A stretch of DNA of 64,000 bases from Microcoleus sp. (GTDB lineage: Bacteria; Cyanobacteriota; Cyanobacteriia; Cyanobacteriales; Microcoleaceae). The DNA is taken from contig CP181291.1 in assembly GCA_052279835.1 (NCBI GenBank), positions 1,632,001 to 1,696,000 on the forward strand. The letters run 5' to 3'. Made by a program: the position numbers and the translations under genes. Below, piece after piece: positions 29,066 through 39,126 of this stretch (position 1 is its first letter; the number at the start of each line of letters is the position of its first letter). The notes below the pieces were generated by a model. That model did not search any database. It saw only the letters and a list, made by a program, of their open reading frames with translations, and had not been told where the DNA came from.

Positions 29066-30706
29066 ATGCAAGGATCGCAAACAATGCCTGGAAAACAACC
29101 AAAGCTTCTAATTGCTGCCACCATCATCGCAGCAGGTAGCGCAGCGGTCTACTTTTACTTCAAGGGTTTGACTGAACAAGTATCCAACCCTGTCGAAAGT
29201 GCCAAAGTGGTACCGGAAAAAGCAATCATGGCCGCGTTCATCTCCCCCAATCCCCAAGCGCTGTCCCAGTTGGAGCGATTTGGCACCCCAGGGGCTCAAA
29301 AATTAATCGGCCAGGGTTTGAAGACTTTTCAAGAACAAAGCTTAGCAGGCACTGATATTGACTATGACAAGGACTTAAAGCCTTGGCTGGGCGGCGTGAT
29401 GGTGGCTTTACTCCCCCCTGATGGCGAGGCGAAGACTGAACCTCCCAAACTGCTGCTAGTTGTCAGTGTCAAAAATAAAATTAGTGCTTGGAATTTTGCC
29501 AATAAATTAAAATCTCAGCAAGGTGCAAAAACTCAGGAAAGCGAATATCAAGGGGTAAAAATTTCTGAGATTACAGAACCAACAGGAAAGGGCTACAGCG
29601 TGGCTTTGCTTGACGATAAATTAGTTATAGCTCCGTTGAAAAAGCCTGTACAATTGGCGATCGATACTTTTAAAGGACAGCCTTCCCTCGCCACTAAGCA
29701 GAGTGCAACTAAGTTTTTGTCTGACAGTGCAGGGGTAGAAAATCCGATCGCCACTGTTTATATTGCTGACTACCAGGCTGCAATGCAGCAATTTCAAGCT
29801 AATTTGCCTCCTGATGTTAAGTTACCTTCTACAGTGTTTTCCCAGTTCCAGCAAGTCAAGTCAATGGTTGCAGGAATAGGGGTGGACAGTGCGGGATTGA
29901 GGGTCAAAACTATTGCTCAGTTAGACCCCAATTTTCCTGGGCAAAAGCCCCAAGCAGCCTCGAAATTGTTGCCGAGATTTCCTGGTGAAACTATCGCTGT
30001 AGTTGGTGGCCAGGACATTGCTAAAATCTGGTCTCAAGCTACCGCTGATGCCAAAGATATCCCCGAAGTTGACCGGGGAGTTCAGCAAGTGAGGGATAGT
30101 TTTAAGCGGTTGAATTTGGATGCGGATCGAGATGTTTTTGGGTGGATGAATGGGGAATTTGCGATCGGGGCGATCGGTTCCAATCAAGGCATTTTGTCTC
30201 AGTTGGGGATGGGGGCTGTGATGATTTTTGAAACGAGCGATCGCCCCGCAGCCGAAACCCTGCTGACCAAATTAGATGCGATCGCCAAAAGCAATCCCAG
30301 TGTCAGCGTCGCCTCCAGACAAGTTCAGGGTAAGGAGGTGACGGAATGGAAAATACCCCAGCAAGGAACTTTATTCGGGCACGGCTGGGTGAATCAAAAT
30401 ACCATGTTTGTCGCTTTCGGCGGGCCTTTAGTTGAGGCGATCGCCTCACCACCGCCACAGCCTTTAAGCACCAGTCCGAGTTTTCAGGCGATCTCGACTT
30501 CTGTGTCCCCAGGCGATCGGGGTTACTTTTATTTGGACATGGACAAAACCATGTCCTGGGCTAACCAATATTTGCTCAAAGCAGCACCAACTTTAGTTTC
30601 ACCGCCTACCGCCGAAGTGCTGAATTCTCTGCGAGGAGTTAGCGTTGTCACAACCGCCCCAGAACCCTCCATTACTCAATTGGAAATGCTGTTTTCTTTC
30701 AACTAG
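29066..30706 (+). CDS. DUF3352 domain exported/membrane-anchored protein
   Basis: N-terminal TM, DYDKDLKPWLG, YQGVKI, WMNGEFA, GYFYLD. Confidence 0.8.
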   Translation: MQGSQTMPGKQPKLLIAATIIAAGSAAVYFYFKGLTEQVSNPVESAKVVPEKAIMAAFISPNPQALSQLERFGTPGAQKLIGQGLKTFQEQSLAGTDIDYDKDLKPWLGGVMVALLPPDGEAKTEPPKLLLVVSVKNKISAWNFANKLKSQQGAKTQESEYQGVKISEITEPTGKGYSVALLDDKLVIAPLKKPVQLAIDTFKGQPSLATKQSATKFLSDSAGVENPIATVYIADYQAAMQQFQANLPPDVKLPSTVFSQFQQVKSMVAGIGVDSAGLRVKTIAQLDPNFPGQKPQAASKLLPRFPGETIAVVGGQDIAKIWSQATADAKDIPEVDRGVQQVRDSFKRLNLDADRDVFGWMNGEFAIGAIGSNQGILSQLGMGAVMIFETSDRPAAETLLTKLDAIAKSNPSVSVASRQVQGKEVTEWKIPQQGTLFGHGWVNQNTMFVAFGGPLVEAIASPPPQPLSTSPSFQAISTSVSPGDRGYFYLDMDKTMSWANQYLLKAAPTLVSPPTAEVLNSLRGVSVVTTAPEPSITQLEMLFSFN

Positions 30707-30903
30707 ACAGCAGGAGTCCCGCGCTCTACCGATCGAGGTGAGCGTCGGCTAGACACAAATCTGCCAAGTCAAAAATTAAGTTGATTTTGTGGTAAGTTTG
30801 CCAAAAATTGCATCTAAATGACCGCCGACACCTAAAATAAACTTTGTAGTTTGTTCAAGGGTATGCAATCTGACTGCTTTCCAACAAAATTAATGCAACT
30901 TTC

Positions 30904-31798
30904 ATGGTGCTAAAAATTCTCCTGCTGCCCCTAGGGTTTCAATTTACATCCCCAGGTCCGATCGTCTTTGAATTGGGCCCCCTAGCTGTCCGGTGGTACG
31001 GCTTGTTGATTGCTTCTGCCGTTTTGATTGGGGTGAGTCTGTCCCAATACTTAGCGGCCAAGCGTCGCATTAACCCCGAATTGCTTGGCGATTTGGCAAT
31101 TTGGCTAGTTGTGGGCGCTATTCCTTGTGCCCGAATTTATTACGTTGCTTTCGAGTGGCACCAGTATGCCCAGCGCCCGGAGGATATTATTGCGATTTGG
31201 AAAGGGGGAATTGCTATTCATGGGGCGATTTTGGGTGGCACGATAGCCGCTTTAATTTTTGCCAAAATCTGCCAAGTTTCTTTTTGGAAGTTGGCCGATT
31301 TAGTTGCCCCTTCGGCAATTCTTGGTCAAGCAATGGGACGCTGGGGAAATTTCTTTAACTCAGAAGCCTTTGGCCGTCCTACAGATTTACCTTGGAAACT
31401 GTATATTCCTCTACAACATCGCCCACAGGAATATGCAAGTTTTGAATATTTTCATCCCACATTTCTCTACGAATCCCTGTGGAATTTGACAGTATTTGGG
31501 TTGTTGATGACTTTGTTTTTCTGGGATTTGCAGGGTAAAATTCGCTTGAAAATTGGTAGTTTATTTTTGGTTTATTTGACTGCCTACAGTTCCGGTAGAA
31601 TCTGGATTGAAGGGTTGCGAAACTGACAGTTTAATGTTCGGGCCGCTGCGGACAGCACAGATGGTAAGTTTGACAGGGATTGTTTTAGGGTTGGGTGGCT
31701 TGGCTTGGCTTTATTATTTCGATCGAGCTTTGCCTGATGTTGTTTCCCCTAAATGCGATCGATCCCACCTCCCGGAGCAACCGCCGGAAAACCAATAA
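30904..31798 (+). pseudogene. lgt: Prolipoprotein diacylglyceryl transferase, frameshifted (+1 A) at 31620-31622; possibly a sequencing error
   Basis: [35 protein letters not shown] continues as [13 protein letters not shown] in another frame. Confidence 0.9.
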
Positions 31799-31953
31799 AA
31801 AACCCCAGAGACTAATCTCTAGGGTTAAACCAGGGTGCATCTACCAACCCTTCCTTCTAGCCGAAACAGGTGCATCAGGAAGATCGGGTAAATTGAGCAC
31901 TTTTTGTTTAAAGTTGAGTTTGACAGACCAAAATCCCCAATCCCCCATCCCCA

Positions 31954-32724
31954 ATGCAGAGTGAATCCTTGATGCCCGGAGTGTATATTGTGGGTGCAGG
32001 CCCAGGAGACCCGGATTTATTGACTGTTAAGGCTCAAAAATTACTGGCTGTGGCCGATGCTATCTTGTTTGCTGATTCCCTAGTACCAGAGCAAATTTTG
32101 CAGGGAGTGCGCGCCGATGCTGAAATTATCCAAACTGCCGACAAGACTCTGGAAGAAATTGTACCTTTGATGGTGGAGCGAGTGCGGGACGGCAAAAGTC
32201 TCGTCCGCCTCCATTCAGGAGATCCCTGTCTCTACGGGGCTGTGGGCGAACAAATGCAAGCTTTAGCCTCTGCGGGCATTCCTTTTGAGGTCATACCGGG
32301 AATTAGCGCTTTTCAACTGGCTGCTGCTAAACTAAAAATTGAGTTGACAGTGCCGGGAATTGTCCAGACAATTATTCTGACCAGAATTAGTGGCCGAACA
32401 GAAGTACCCCAACGGGAAGAATTGGCCAGTTTAGCGGCTCATCAAGCCAGTTTGTGTCTGTATTTGAGCGCCCGCCACGTCGAAGCGGCTCAAACTAAAT
32501 TGATGGAACATTACCCATCTGATTTACCTGTAGCGATTTGCTATCGGTTGGGCTGGCCTGATGAACAGATTTTGCTGGTTCCCCTTGACAAAATGGCTGT
32601 TGTTACTCGCGAAAATAACTTGATGAGAACGACTATGTATGTGATTAGTCCGGCCTTGGGTCAAAATGTGGAAGGGCGATCGCGTCTTTATCATCCAGAG
32701 CACGATCGGCTGTTTCGTCATTAG
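31954..32724 (+). CDS. cobM: Precorrin-4 C11-methyltransferase
   Basis: VGAGPGDPDLLT, VRLHSGDP, PGISAF, QTIILTR, SRLYHP. Confidence 0.93.
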   Translation: MQSESLMPGVYIVGAGPGDPDLLTVKAQKLLAVADAILFADSLVPEQILQGVRADAEIIQTADKTLEEIVPLMVERVRDGKSLVRLHSGDPCLYGAVGEQMQALASAGIPFEVIPGISAFQLAAAKLKIELTVPGIVQTIILTRISGRTEVPQREELASLAAHQASLCLYLSARHVEAAQTKLMEHYPSDLPVAICYRLGWPDEQILLVPLDKMAVVTRENNLMRTTMYVISPALGQNVEGRSRLYHPEHDRLFRH

Positions 32725-32846
32725 TCATTAGGTATTAGTCATTAGTTAGTTGGCAGTTTCCATGCCCGATGCCCAGCCCCCAAGGGGGGAGGGAATTGGG
32801 AATTGGGAATTGGGCATAGCTTCTTCCTTCTTCGTTCTTTTATTAA

Positions 32847-33083
32847 TTACCAAACCGGGTCAACATAAAGATTAATTGTTACTTGGTCTTTTCCTGAAGG
32901 TATGCCGGAAATACAAGCACAAATTACCTCTCCGTCTTCCAGTTCCACTTCGCAAGCGTGACAAGAACCCATGAGACAGCCGGTGGGAATAGAAATTCCC
33001 GCACGTTTAGCGACATCCAGCAACAGTTCTCCCGGTTCAGCTTCAACCGTTACATTTTCTGGTAAAAAACAAATTTTTGTCAT
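32847..33083 (-). CDS. Small 2Fe-2S ferredoxin-like protein
   Basis: IPTGCLMGSCHAC...CAC; downstream of cobQ. Confidence 0.85.
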   Translation of the reverse strand: MTKICFLPENVTVEAEPGELLLDVAKRAGISIPTGCLMGSCHACEVELEDGEVICACISGIPSGKDQVTINLYVDPVW

Positions 33084-33112
33084 TCAAACTTCACCTCATA
33101 TTTTTATGACTG

Positions 33113-33306
33113 TTGACTAATGTTATGGTTTATGGTTTATGGTTTATCAGTTATCAGTTATCAGTTATCAGCAACCCCAAGCGAGTAACAAATAACCCTT
33201 CGACTTCGCGGTTCCTGAGCGTAGCCGAAGGACCAGGCACCGCCAAGAACCAATAACCAATAACCAAGAACCAATAACCAAGAACCAAGAACCAAGAACT
33301 AATAAC
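33113..33306. repeat. Heptamer STRR arrays (ttatggt, ttatcag, accaara) with a nested CTTCGAC/CTGAGC short dispersed repeat
   Basis: Direct inspection; nested element at 33196-33244. Confidence 0.8.
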
Positions 33307-34772
33307 TACCCTAAAATATGTTTGATATCTAAATGCTTTTCAACCGTATCTGCAAGACGGTCCAACAGAGCTTCCCGATGTTCCCGGTAATTAGGAATTC
33401 CTGTAGGTAGGGCTTGCAATCCTCGCTGCTGCCGCAAGTGATTTAACCAAGCCCGCCGCCAAGCTCCGTTATCAAAAATACCGTGCAAGTAAGTACCCCA
33501 AATAGATTGGAAATTATTGACCATCCCCAAACTAGCATCGTCAAACAGGGATTTAGTCAAATCTGACTCCAACATTTGGGTTATTCCTTGGTGGATTTCG
33601 TAACCGGAAACTGGTAAACCCGGTTGAGGATAATGAGAAGTTACGGTGCGCTGACGAGCTATTTTATTAGGTGCGATCGCAGTTTTCAAAGGTAACAATC
33701 CCAAGCCTTTAAATTCTCCCTTTTGTCCCTCAAGGCCTTCTCGATCGACTATACTTTCTCCCAGCATCTGAAACCCCCCGCAAACTCCCATTACAGTGCC
33801 GCCAGACACTAAATATTTTTTAATGGCTTCTGCCATACCCGTTTGTCGGAGTACCTGCAAATCAGAAATTGTAGTTTTAGAACCTGGTAAAATTACTGCA
33901 TCTGGATGGCCTAACTCGTCTTTGGGGCTGACATATTTGACTGTGACAGTAGTTTCCGACTCCAGGGGGTCAAAGTCGGTAAAATTAGAAATACGGGGCA
34001 AGCGGATGACAGAAATATTCAGGTCTGTGTGAGAATTGGAAGAACGTCGATCAAGTAAATCAAGAGAATCTTCGGCGGGAAACACTTCGTCTATCCAAGG
34101 AATTACACCAACAACGGGAATCCCTGTACGTTTTTCTAGCCAAATTAGCCCTGGATCTAAGATAGATTTTTGTCCTCGGAATTTATTAATAATGAAGCCT
34201 TTAATTAAAGCTCGTTCGTCTGGATCGAGCAATTCCAAAGTACCGATAATGTGAGCAAAAGCTCCGCCGCGATCTATATCAACTACTAGCAAAGTCCGAG
34301 CATTCAAATGTTTAGCTACGCGCATATTTGTTAAATCGCGGTGCTTGAGATTAATCTCCGCAGGGCTGCCGGCTCCCTCGCAAACCACCATGTCAAATTG
34401 GTGACTCAAAAAGTCTAAAGATTCCCGAATAACTTGCCAACCTCGATCGAAATATTCTTCGTAATATTGAGTAGCTCGAATATTGGCGATCGCCCGACCC
34501 TTCATAATTAATTGAGAAGTCATATCTCCTTGGGGTTTGAGCAAAATGGGATTCATTTCTACCAAAGGTGCTACACCGGCGGCCCAAGCCTGAACTGCTT
34601 GAGCGTAGCCAATTTCTCCCCCAGCCGCAGTGACATAGGAATTCAGTGCCATATTCTGACCTTTAAAGGGAGTGACTCGCCACTGGCGGCGAGAAAAAAT
34701 GCGACATAAAGCTGCAACCAGTAAAGATTTCCCTGCGTGAGAAGTTGTTCCCACTACCATAATTGCTTTCAT
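33306..34772 (-). CDS. cobQ: Cobyric acid synthase
   Basis: GTTSHAGKS, PFKGQNMALNS, EGAGSPAEINL, ISNFTDFDPL, GVCGGFQMLG, GYEIH, GTYLHG. Confidence 0.97.
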   Translation of the reverse strand: MKAIMVVGTTSHAGKSLLVAALCRIFSRRQWRVTPFKGQNMALNSYVTAAGGEIGYAQAVQAWAAGVAPLVEMNPILLKPQGDMTSQLIMKGRAIANIRATQYYEEYFDRGWQVIRESLDFLSHQFDMVVCEGAGSPAEINLKHRDLTNMRVAKHLNARTLLVVDIDRGGAFAHIIGTLELLDPDERALIKGFIINKFRGQKSILDPGLIWLEKRTGIPVVGVIPWIDEVFPAEDSLDLLDRRSSNSHTDLNISVIRLPRISNFTDFDPLESETTVTVKYVSPKDELGHPDAVILPGSKTTISDLQVLRQTGMAEAIKKYLVSGGTVMGVCGGFQMLGESIVDREGLEGQKGEFKGLGLLPLKTAIAPNKIARQRTVTSHYPQPGLPVSGYEIHQGITQMLESDLTKSLFDDASLGMVNNFQSIWGTYLHGIFDNGAWRRAWLNHLRQQRGLQALPTGIPNYREHREALLDRLADTVEKHLDIKHILG

Positions 34773-34935
34773 AATATTGATTTCACCTAAATTTCATCCA
34801 AAAATTATTGACGATTTTGTGAAGGCTGAATACAAAAAGAAAAAACTTTTTTCTAAAAAATCTGTTTTTTTACCTGTTTATGAAGGCAGAAAGCAGAATT
34901 TAAAAAGTTCTAATTTCTACCTTTTGGTTTGTGTT

Positions 34936-36309
34936 TTAGAGAGTCGTCTGCTCAGAGTCGGAAAGATTTTCCGACTTGGATTCATCGGCGGGTTTGTCAG
35001 TTTTCAGCAGATTGGGAGTTGGCGGATTTGGATGAATCAATTCCGGTGTATTTGCTGAGGCGATCGACTCTACCTGCTGTTTGATGGAATTGTCGCTCGC
35101 CTCTGATGACACTTCCACTGCCGCAGGTGTTGGCGAAACCACTTCCACCACTGTAATTTCAGTAATTTGAACCGGAGAAATGGCTGTTTCTTCTGAAATC
35201 AATTCAGCCATTGCTTCCACATCCAGAGGAAATGGTACTCCTGGAATTTCATCAGCGACGGTGCTGCTAGTTTCTGCCGCCACTTCTTGGGCTGCTTCGG
35301 CTAATTCAGATGCGAGAATTTGGTCAAACTCCGGTGTAGAAATTTCCCCTACTTCAGATGCAAGTTCGATCGACTCTGAAGGCACTTTCGCTGTTGTCAC
35401 CGGAGTATTGTTGGCTATGGGCTTGGTTTTTTCGCCCCCCCGGCCCAACAAACCGCCCAGACTATTTTTGATATTGTCAAACAGACTGCTGAAACCAGCC
35501 GATTTTTTAGGGGCTTTGACCGCAGTTGAGTCGGCTGCTGGGGCTGCCGTTGGGGACGCAGACTCGGACCCTCTAGCTGCTGCCCTCCACATCTGGTCAA
35601 AGTCATCGACTTCGGGTTCTTGTTTAAGGTCTGTTGGAGCCTCTGCTGTTCCCACAGTTGGTGTGGTGGCAATTTCTGAAACTTTTGGGGTGATTGTAGT
35701 GTCGCTAGTTGGTGCTGATTCTACAGGGGCTGGGGAGGTGTCAGCCACAGGAATTGCGATCGACTCCTGTATTTCCTCAGTTGCTGGTGGTGTCGAGTCT
35801 GGAAGTGGCAACAATTCAGGGGCGATCGCACTTTCTGCCACGATTTCGGGTAATGGGGAAACCACCGCAGGTTGCTCTGCTTTTACCTGGCGATCGGCAA
35901 CAGGTGCCGGCACCACATCAGATTTCGGCTTGGGTGCTCTGACAAACTTAGGTTTTTTCGTTGCTGGTTCTGGTTTTTTAGCAAACATCCCCGTCAACGC
36001 GCCACCCATACCCCCCGGCAAATTTACCGACTGAGGCATCGGCGTTTGCTCAGCAATAGGTGTAACTTGTCTGCGTAAACTCAAAGTTTCCCAGGCGAAC
36101 CAGCCCAAAAGAGCCACGGCCGCCATTTGACCAAGCAGGAGAGCACCGGTAATTCGCCCCGCACAAGCCCATAAAATTAACGCATAGAAAAATCCCACCC
36201 CACTCCAGGCAAAATCGCTTTTGCGGTGAACTTCTGGAAAAAAGAAAGCAGCCATGTAAATACTGAAGCTGCCTAGACCGACCGCCAACGCTAGAAAGTA
36301 TGCAAGCAT
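34936..36309 (-). CDS. ycf66: Ycf66 family protein with long P/A/E/S/T-rich tail
   Basis: AFFFPEVHRKSDFAWSGVGFFYALILW...LLLGQ...WETLSLRR. Confidence 0.85.
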   Translation of the reverse strand: MLAYFLALAVGLGSFSIYMAAFFFPEVHRKSDFAWSGVGFFYALILWACAGRITGALLLGQMAAVALLGWFAWETLSLRRQVTPIAEQTPMPQSVNLPGGMGGALTGMFAKKPEPATKKPKFVRAPKPKSDVVPAPVADRQVKAEQPAVVSPLPEIVAESAIAPELLPLPDSTPPATEEIQESIAIPVADTSPAPVESAPTSDTTITPKVSEIATTPTVGTAEAPTDLKQEPEVDDFDQMWRAAARGSESASPTAAPAADSTAVKAPKKSAGFSSLFDNIKNSLGGLLGRGGEKTKPIANNTPVTTAKVPSESIELASEVGEISTPEFDQILASELAEAAQEVAAETSSTVADEIPGVPFPLDVEAMAELISEETAISPVQITEITVVEVVSPTPAAVEVSSEASDNSIKQQVESIASANTPELIHPNPPTPNLLKTDKPADESKSENLSDSEQTTL

Positions 36310-36450
36310 ATTGTCGGCACCTCCGCTGTGTCAAATAACCTCTACGGGCTCATTTTACCTTTCAGGGGTGTCCGGTGGCTGCTTTCTCTAGGACAATTTT
36401 TGACTTCTGTGAGGGAATAGGGAAGAAGCAAGAGGGAAGTAGTGGAGGGG

Positions 36451-36480
36451 GTAGGGGCAATCGCGGGGGGCAGTCCCTAC
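36451..36480. repeat. GTAG-type REP-like palindrome
   Basis: GTAGGGGC-N14-GTCCCTAC. Confidence 0.5.
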
Positions 36481-36523
36481 CAGAGAAGGAAACAGCCGAG
36501 CCCTCTCCCCCTTCGGGACTAGG

Positions 36524-36546
36524 TGTAACTTGTGATACATATCACT
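36524..36546. promoter_or_regulatory. Overlapping NtcA-like (GTA-N8-TAC) and CRP-like (TGTGA-N6-TCACt) boxes
   Basis: tGTAacttgtgaTACa at 36524-36539; TGTGAtacataTCACt at 36531-36546; intergenic between divergent genes. Confidence 0.5.
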
Positions 36547-36648
36547 GTTATCGACCGATGCGATCGCACTCAAAGGTAAAAGATTTTTGTATCTTGATGG
36601 TGTAAGAGGAATGATGCCAGAGTGCATCTTAATATTGGAGGCAGTGCC

Positions 36649-36825
36649 ATGTTGGAAAAAATGTTGTTAGCCGTCGGCTTAACCCTATCACTGCACGTAT
36701 TTGCCGGACTAAGTACGTCCCCGAAATTACCTCAAAATTACGTATTGCGATCGAACCAAACTTTGACTCAATTCCTAAAACTTCCCCTCGTTGCATTACC
36801 GAACCGTGCCGAGAGTGAAATCTAA
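36649..36825 (+). CDS. Small hypothetical protein with hydrophobic N-terminus
   Basis: GGAGG RBS before ATG; MLEKMLLAVGLTLSLHVF. Confidence 0.55.
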   Translation: MLEKMLLAVGLTLSLHVFAGLSTSPKLPQNYVLRSNQTLTQFLKLPLVALPNRAESEI

Positions 36826-36942
36826 TCATGATTTTAGTTGCCACTGCGATCGAACTGACCAAAAGTATTTTTTTGAAATTTTCCTTGATAGGTTCTATTT
36901 TCATTGTAGAGTATAGTCACTGTTAAACCCAGGAGAGTTAAA

Positions 36943-37383
36943 ATGGCACTTAGCGATATTCTATTGAATGAAAAGAACCGAGACAATGTTGTGGATGACT
37001 GTGTAAAGTTGATCGACGAACAAGTTGCGGCCGCGTCGGGATTGGGTGGTTTAGCTTTGAAAGCTGCCTACTCTACTGTCAAGGGAATACGAGCTGATTA
37101 TTGCGCCCAAGTCGTAGATCAACTGTTGCCAGAAATCTCGATCGCACTCGATCCCATGTGGACTGAAGCAGTAACCAATGGCAGCCCAGTAGAATATCTC
37201 ACCCAAAGAAAATCTCAAGTAGCTGACGAATTGCTCCAAATCAGCGACGCCAGAGTCGAAAACAGCACCAGAGCCATGGTAAAAGGAGCCTATGGCAAAC
37301 TGCGCCCCTCAGCTAAAAATTATGTCGAAAACGGAATACCTGATTTAGCCAAAATCATTGATAAATATAATAGTGCCGGCTGA
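36943..37383 (+). CDS. Conserved hypothetical protein (DUF6918-like)
   Basis: VVDDCVKLIDEQV...GLGGLALKAAY..VKG...ADELLQISDAR...YGKLRPSA; AGGAG RBS. Confidence 0.75.
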   Translation: MALSDILLNEKNRDNVVDDCVKLIDEQVAAASGLGGLALKAAYSTVKGIRADYCAQVVDQLLPEISIALDPMWTEAVTNGSPVEYLTQRKSQVADELLQISDARVENSTRAMVKGAYGKLRPSAKNYVENGIPDLAKIIDKYNSAG

Positions 37384-37424
37384 TATATACCGTTTCCCAA
37401 ATAGATGAAGTAGGTTGGGTTTAA

Positions 37425-37545
37425 CTGGTTCCTAGGCTCTAGCCTGGGAACCCATATCCAGAGGCTCTGCCTCGTCGAAGAGAGAAAATAGAAAGGTCGG
37501 CAGAGCCTTCCGATCAGCGTTACCAGGCTCTGGCCTGGTAACGAG
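37425..37545. mobile_element. About 120-bp multi-hairpin REPIN/MITE-like element (CTGGTTCCYAGGCTCT...GGTAACGAG)
   Basis: Homologous to 47821-47939, 48150-48268 and partially to 49828-49856. Confidence 0.7.
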
Positions 37546-37563
37546 TAACGAGTAATAAAAGAA

Positions 37564-39042
37564 TTAATTCGTAGTCAATATCTGCAACATTGCCTGTCCC
37601 GTAATTCCCAAACCCAATAACAAGACCAACATCGCACTAATCCCCGGTAAAATTTTCACTACCGCCAGTTGTTTTGGTAATTTATCAAACTTCCCTTTCG
37701 CATAAACTAAGATTAAGCCGATCGCAGTCAACACCAAAGCCAACCCCAAACTAAATGCTACCACCAGAGTCATGCCCAAACCCACACTACCCAAAGCTGA
37801 TGCACTCAACAGCATCACCAACGCCGAAGGACAAGGCAACAAACCGCCAGAAATGCCCAAGGCTAATAAGCTTTTCCAAGTAACAGGAGAACCGTCAGAT
37901 CCGGGTGGCAAATGTGAGTGAACGCGGCCGTCTCCATGATGGTGATAATGATGATTTAAATCTGGTTTAACAAATTTAAATTCTCTCTCCCAACTTCCTC
38001 TATTTAATAGATTAACTGGTTCTTCATAGTTCATGATCAGCTCTTTATTCCTGAAACCCCTGTTTTGATTAAAAAATTTAGTCTTGAAATATTTGAGGAA
38101 GCTCGTCCTCAGTGAGAAGTTATTTTTGCTTCTTTCCCTAAGTAGCTTGAAGCCAATTAAAGCCACCAAAAACCCAGAGATTAAATTCAACCAAGGATTC
38201 AACTTTTCTGGATTAATTAAATGAGAAGCAAACAGAGTAATTCCGCCCACAGCAAACACGCCCGCTGTGTGAGTAATTGTAGTAGTTGCTGCTAAAAATA
38301 CAGCGTGTAGGGGAGTAGCCCGCGAACCTACCAAATAAGCACCCACAATGGTTTTTCCGTGTCCAGGCGACATCGCGTGCATGGCTCCCCAAGCAAATGC
38401 TCCGGCTAAGGCTAACAGCCAACTCCAACTTTCATCCCAAATTGATTGATTTTGTGTTACTAAAAATTCTGGATTTTGTGGTGTAAACACAAAACTTTTT
38501 ATGGTGCCTGCTTGGACAATTGTTGCTTGACAGCTAGCTGTGTTTATTCCCGGTAAAAATAGATGATAATTAATCAAAAAATTATTTTTATGAATTAAGT
38601 TTGAAGTAGGTAATTTAGAGCTTGGTATTTTAGATATTTTGGGCCAGGTGTATTTTAAAAATAAAGTGCTGTGGGTATTGGGTTGTTGAATTAAACTGGC
38701 TGTTTTGGCTGCTATCTCTAGCGGTTTTACTACCAGATTTCCGGGGATCTTACTACGATTTTTGATGGTAATATGTTGGCTAAAGAATTTTTCTAGCTGT
38801 GCTTGGTGCTTGCGAATTTCTGCGGGTTGTAGCTGATTGTCTTGGTTGTCGTCTGCAAATTTTGTTAAGCCGGTTGGGAATGTTAAGGTTATTTCGGTTT
38901 GGGAATCGTTGACTACTATTTCTGCTACTGATAAATCGGCCCAGTGTGAGTAAGCTGGATTGGTTGAGGTTGTTAGTAATAATGAAAGTGTTAGGAAAAA
39001 TAGGATGAAGAGTTTTTGGGATCGCTTTGATTTATTTTGCAT
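37564..39042 (-). CDS. RcnA/NiCoT-like Ni/Co transporter with exported N-terminal domain
   Basis: Signal peptide ..PAYS-HWAD; EF-hand-like DDNQDNQLQPAE; HAMSPGHGK; His-rich loop HHYHHHGDGRVHSH; LLPCPSA. Confidence 0.85.
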   Translation of the reverse strand: MQNKSKRSQKLFILFFLTLSLLLTTSTNPAYSHWADLSVAEIVVNDSQTEITLTFPTGLTKFADDNQDNQLQPAEIRKHQAQLEKFFSQHITIKNRSKIPGNLVVKPLEIAAKTASLIQQPNTHSTLFLKYTWPKISKIPSSKLPTSNLIHKNNFLINYHLFLPGINTASCQATIVQAGTIKSFVFTPQNPEFLVTQNQSIWDESWSWLLALAGAFAWGAMHAMSPGHGKTIVGAYLVGSRATPLHAVFLAATTTITHTAGVFAVGGITLFASHLINPEKLNPWLNLISGFLVALIGFKLLRERSKNNFSLRTSFLKYFKTKFFNQNRGFRNKELIMNYEEPVNLLNRGSWEREFKFVKPDLNHHYHHHGDGRVHSHLPPGSDGSPVTWKSLLALGISGGLLPCPSALVMLLSASALGSVGLGMTLVVAFSLGLALVLTAIGLILVYAKGKFDKLPKQLAVVKILPGISAMLVLLLGLGITGQAMLQILTTN

Positions 39043-39126
39043 AAATATTTTTTTTTAGATGATTGAACCGCAGAGGCCACAGAGAGCGCAGAGGAAGAGA
39101 GGAGAGAGGTATAATTTTGATGAGTC

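Noticed and set aside
31800..34930. Cobalamin riboswitch near cobM/cobQ
   Set aside because: No B12-box or conserved core recognised by eye; an Infernal/Rfam scan would be decisive
35180..36034. 284-aa plus-strand ORF
   Set aside because: Antisense shadow of the low-complexity ycf66 tail
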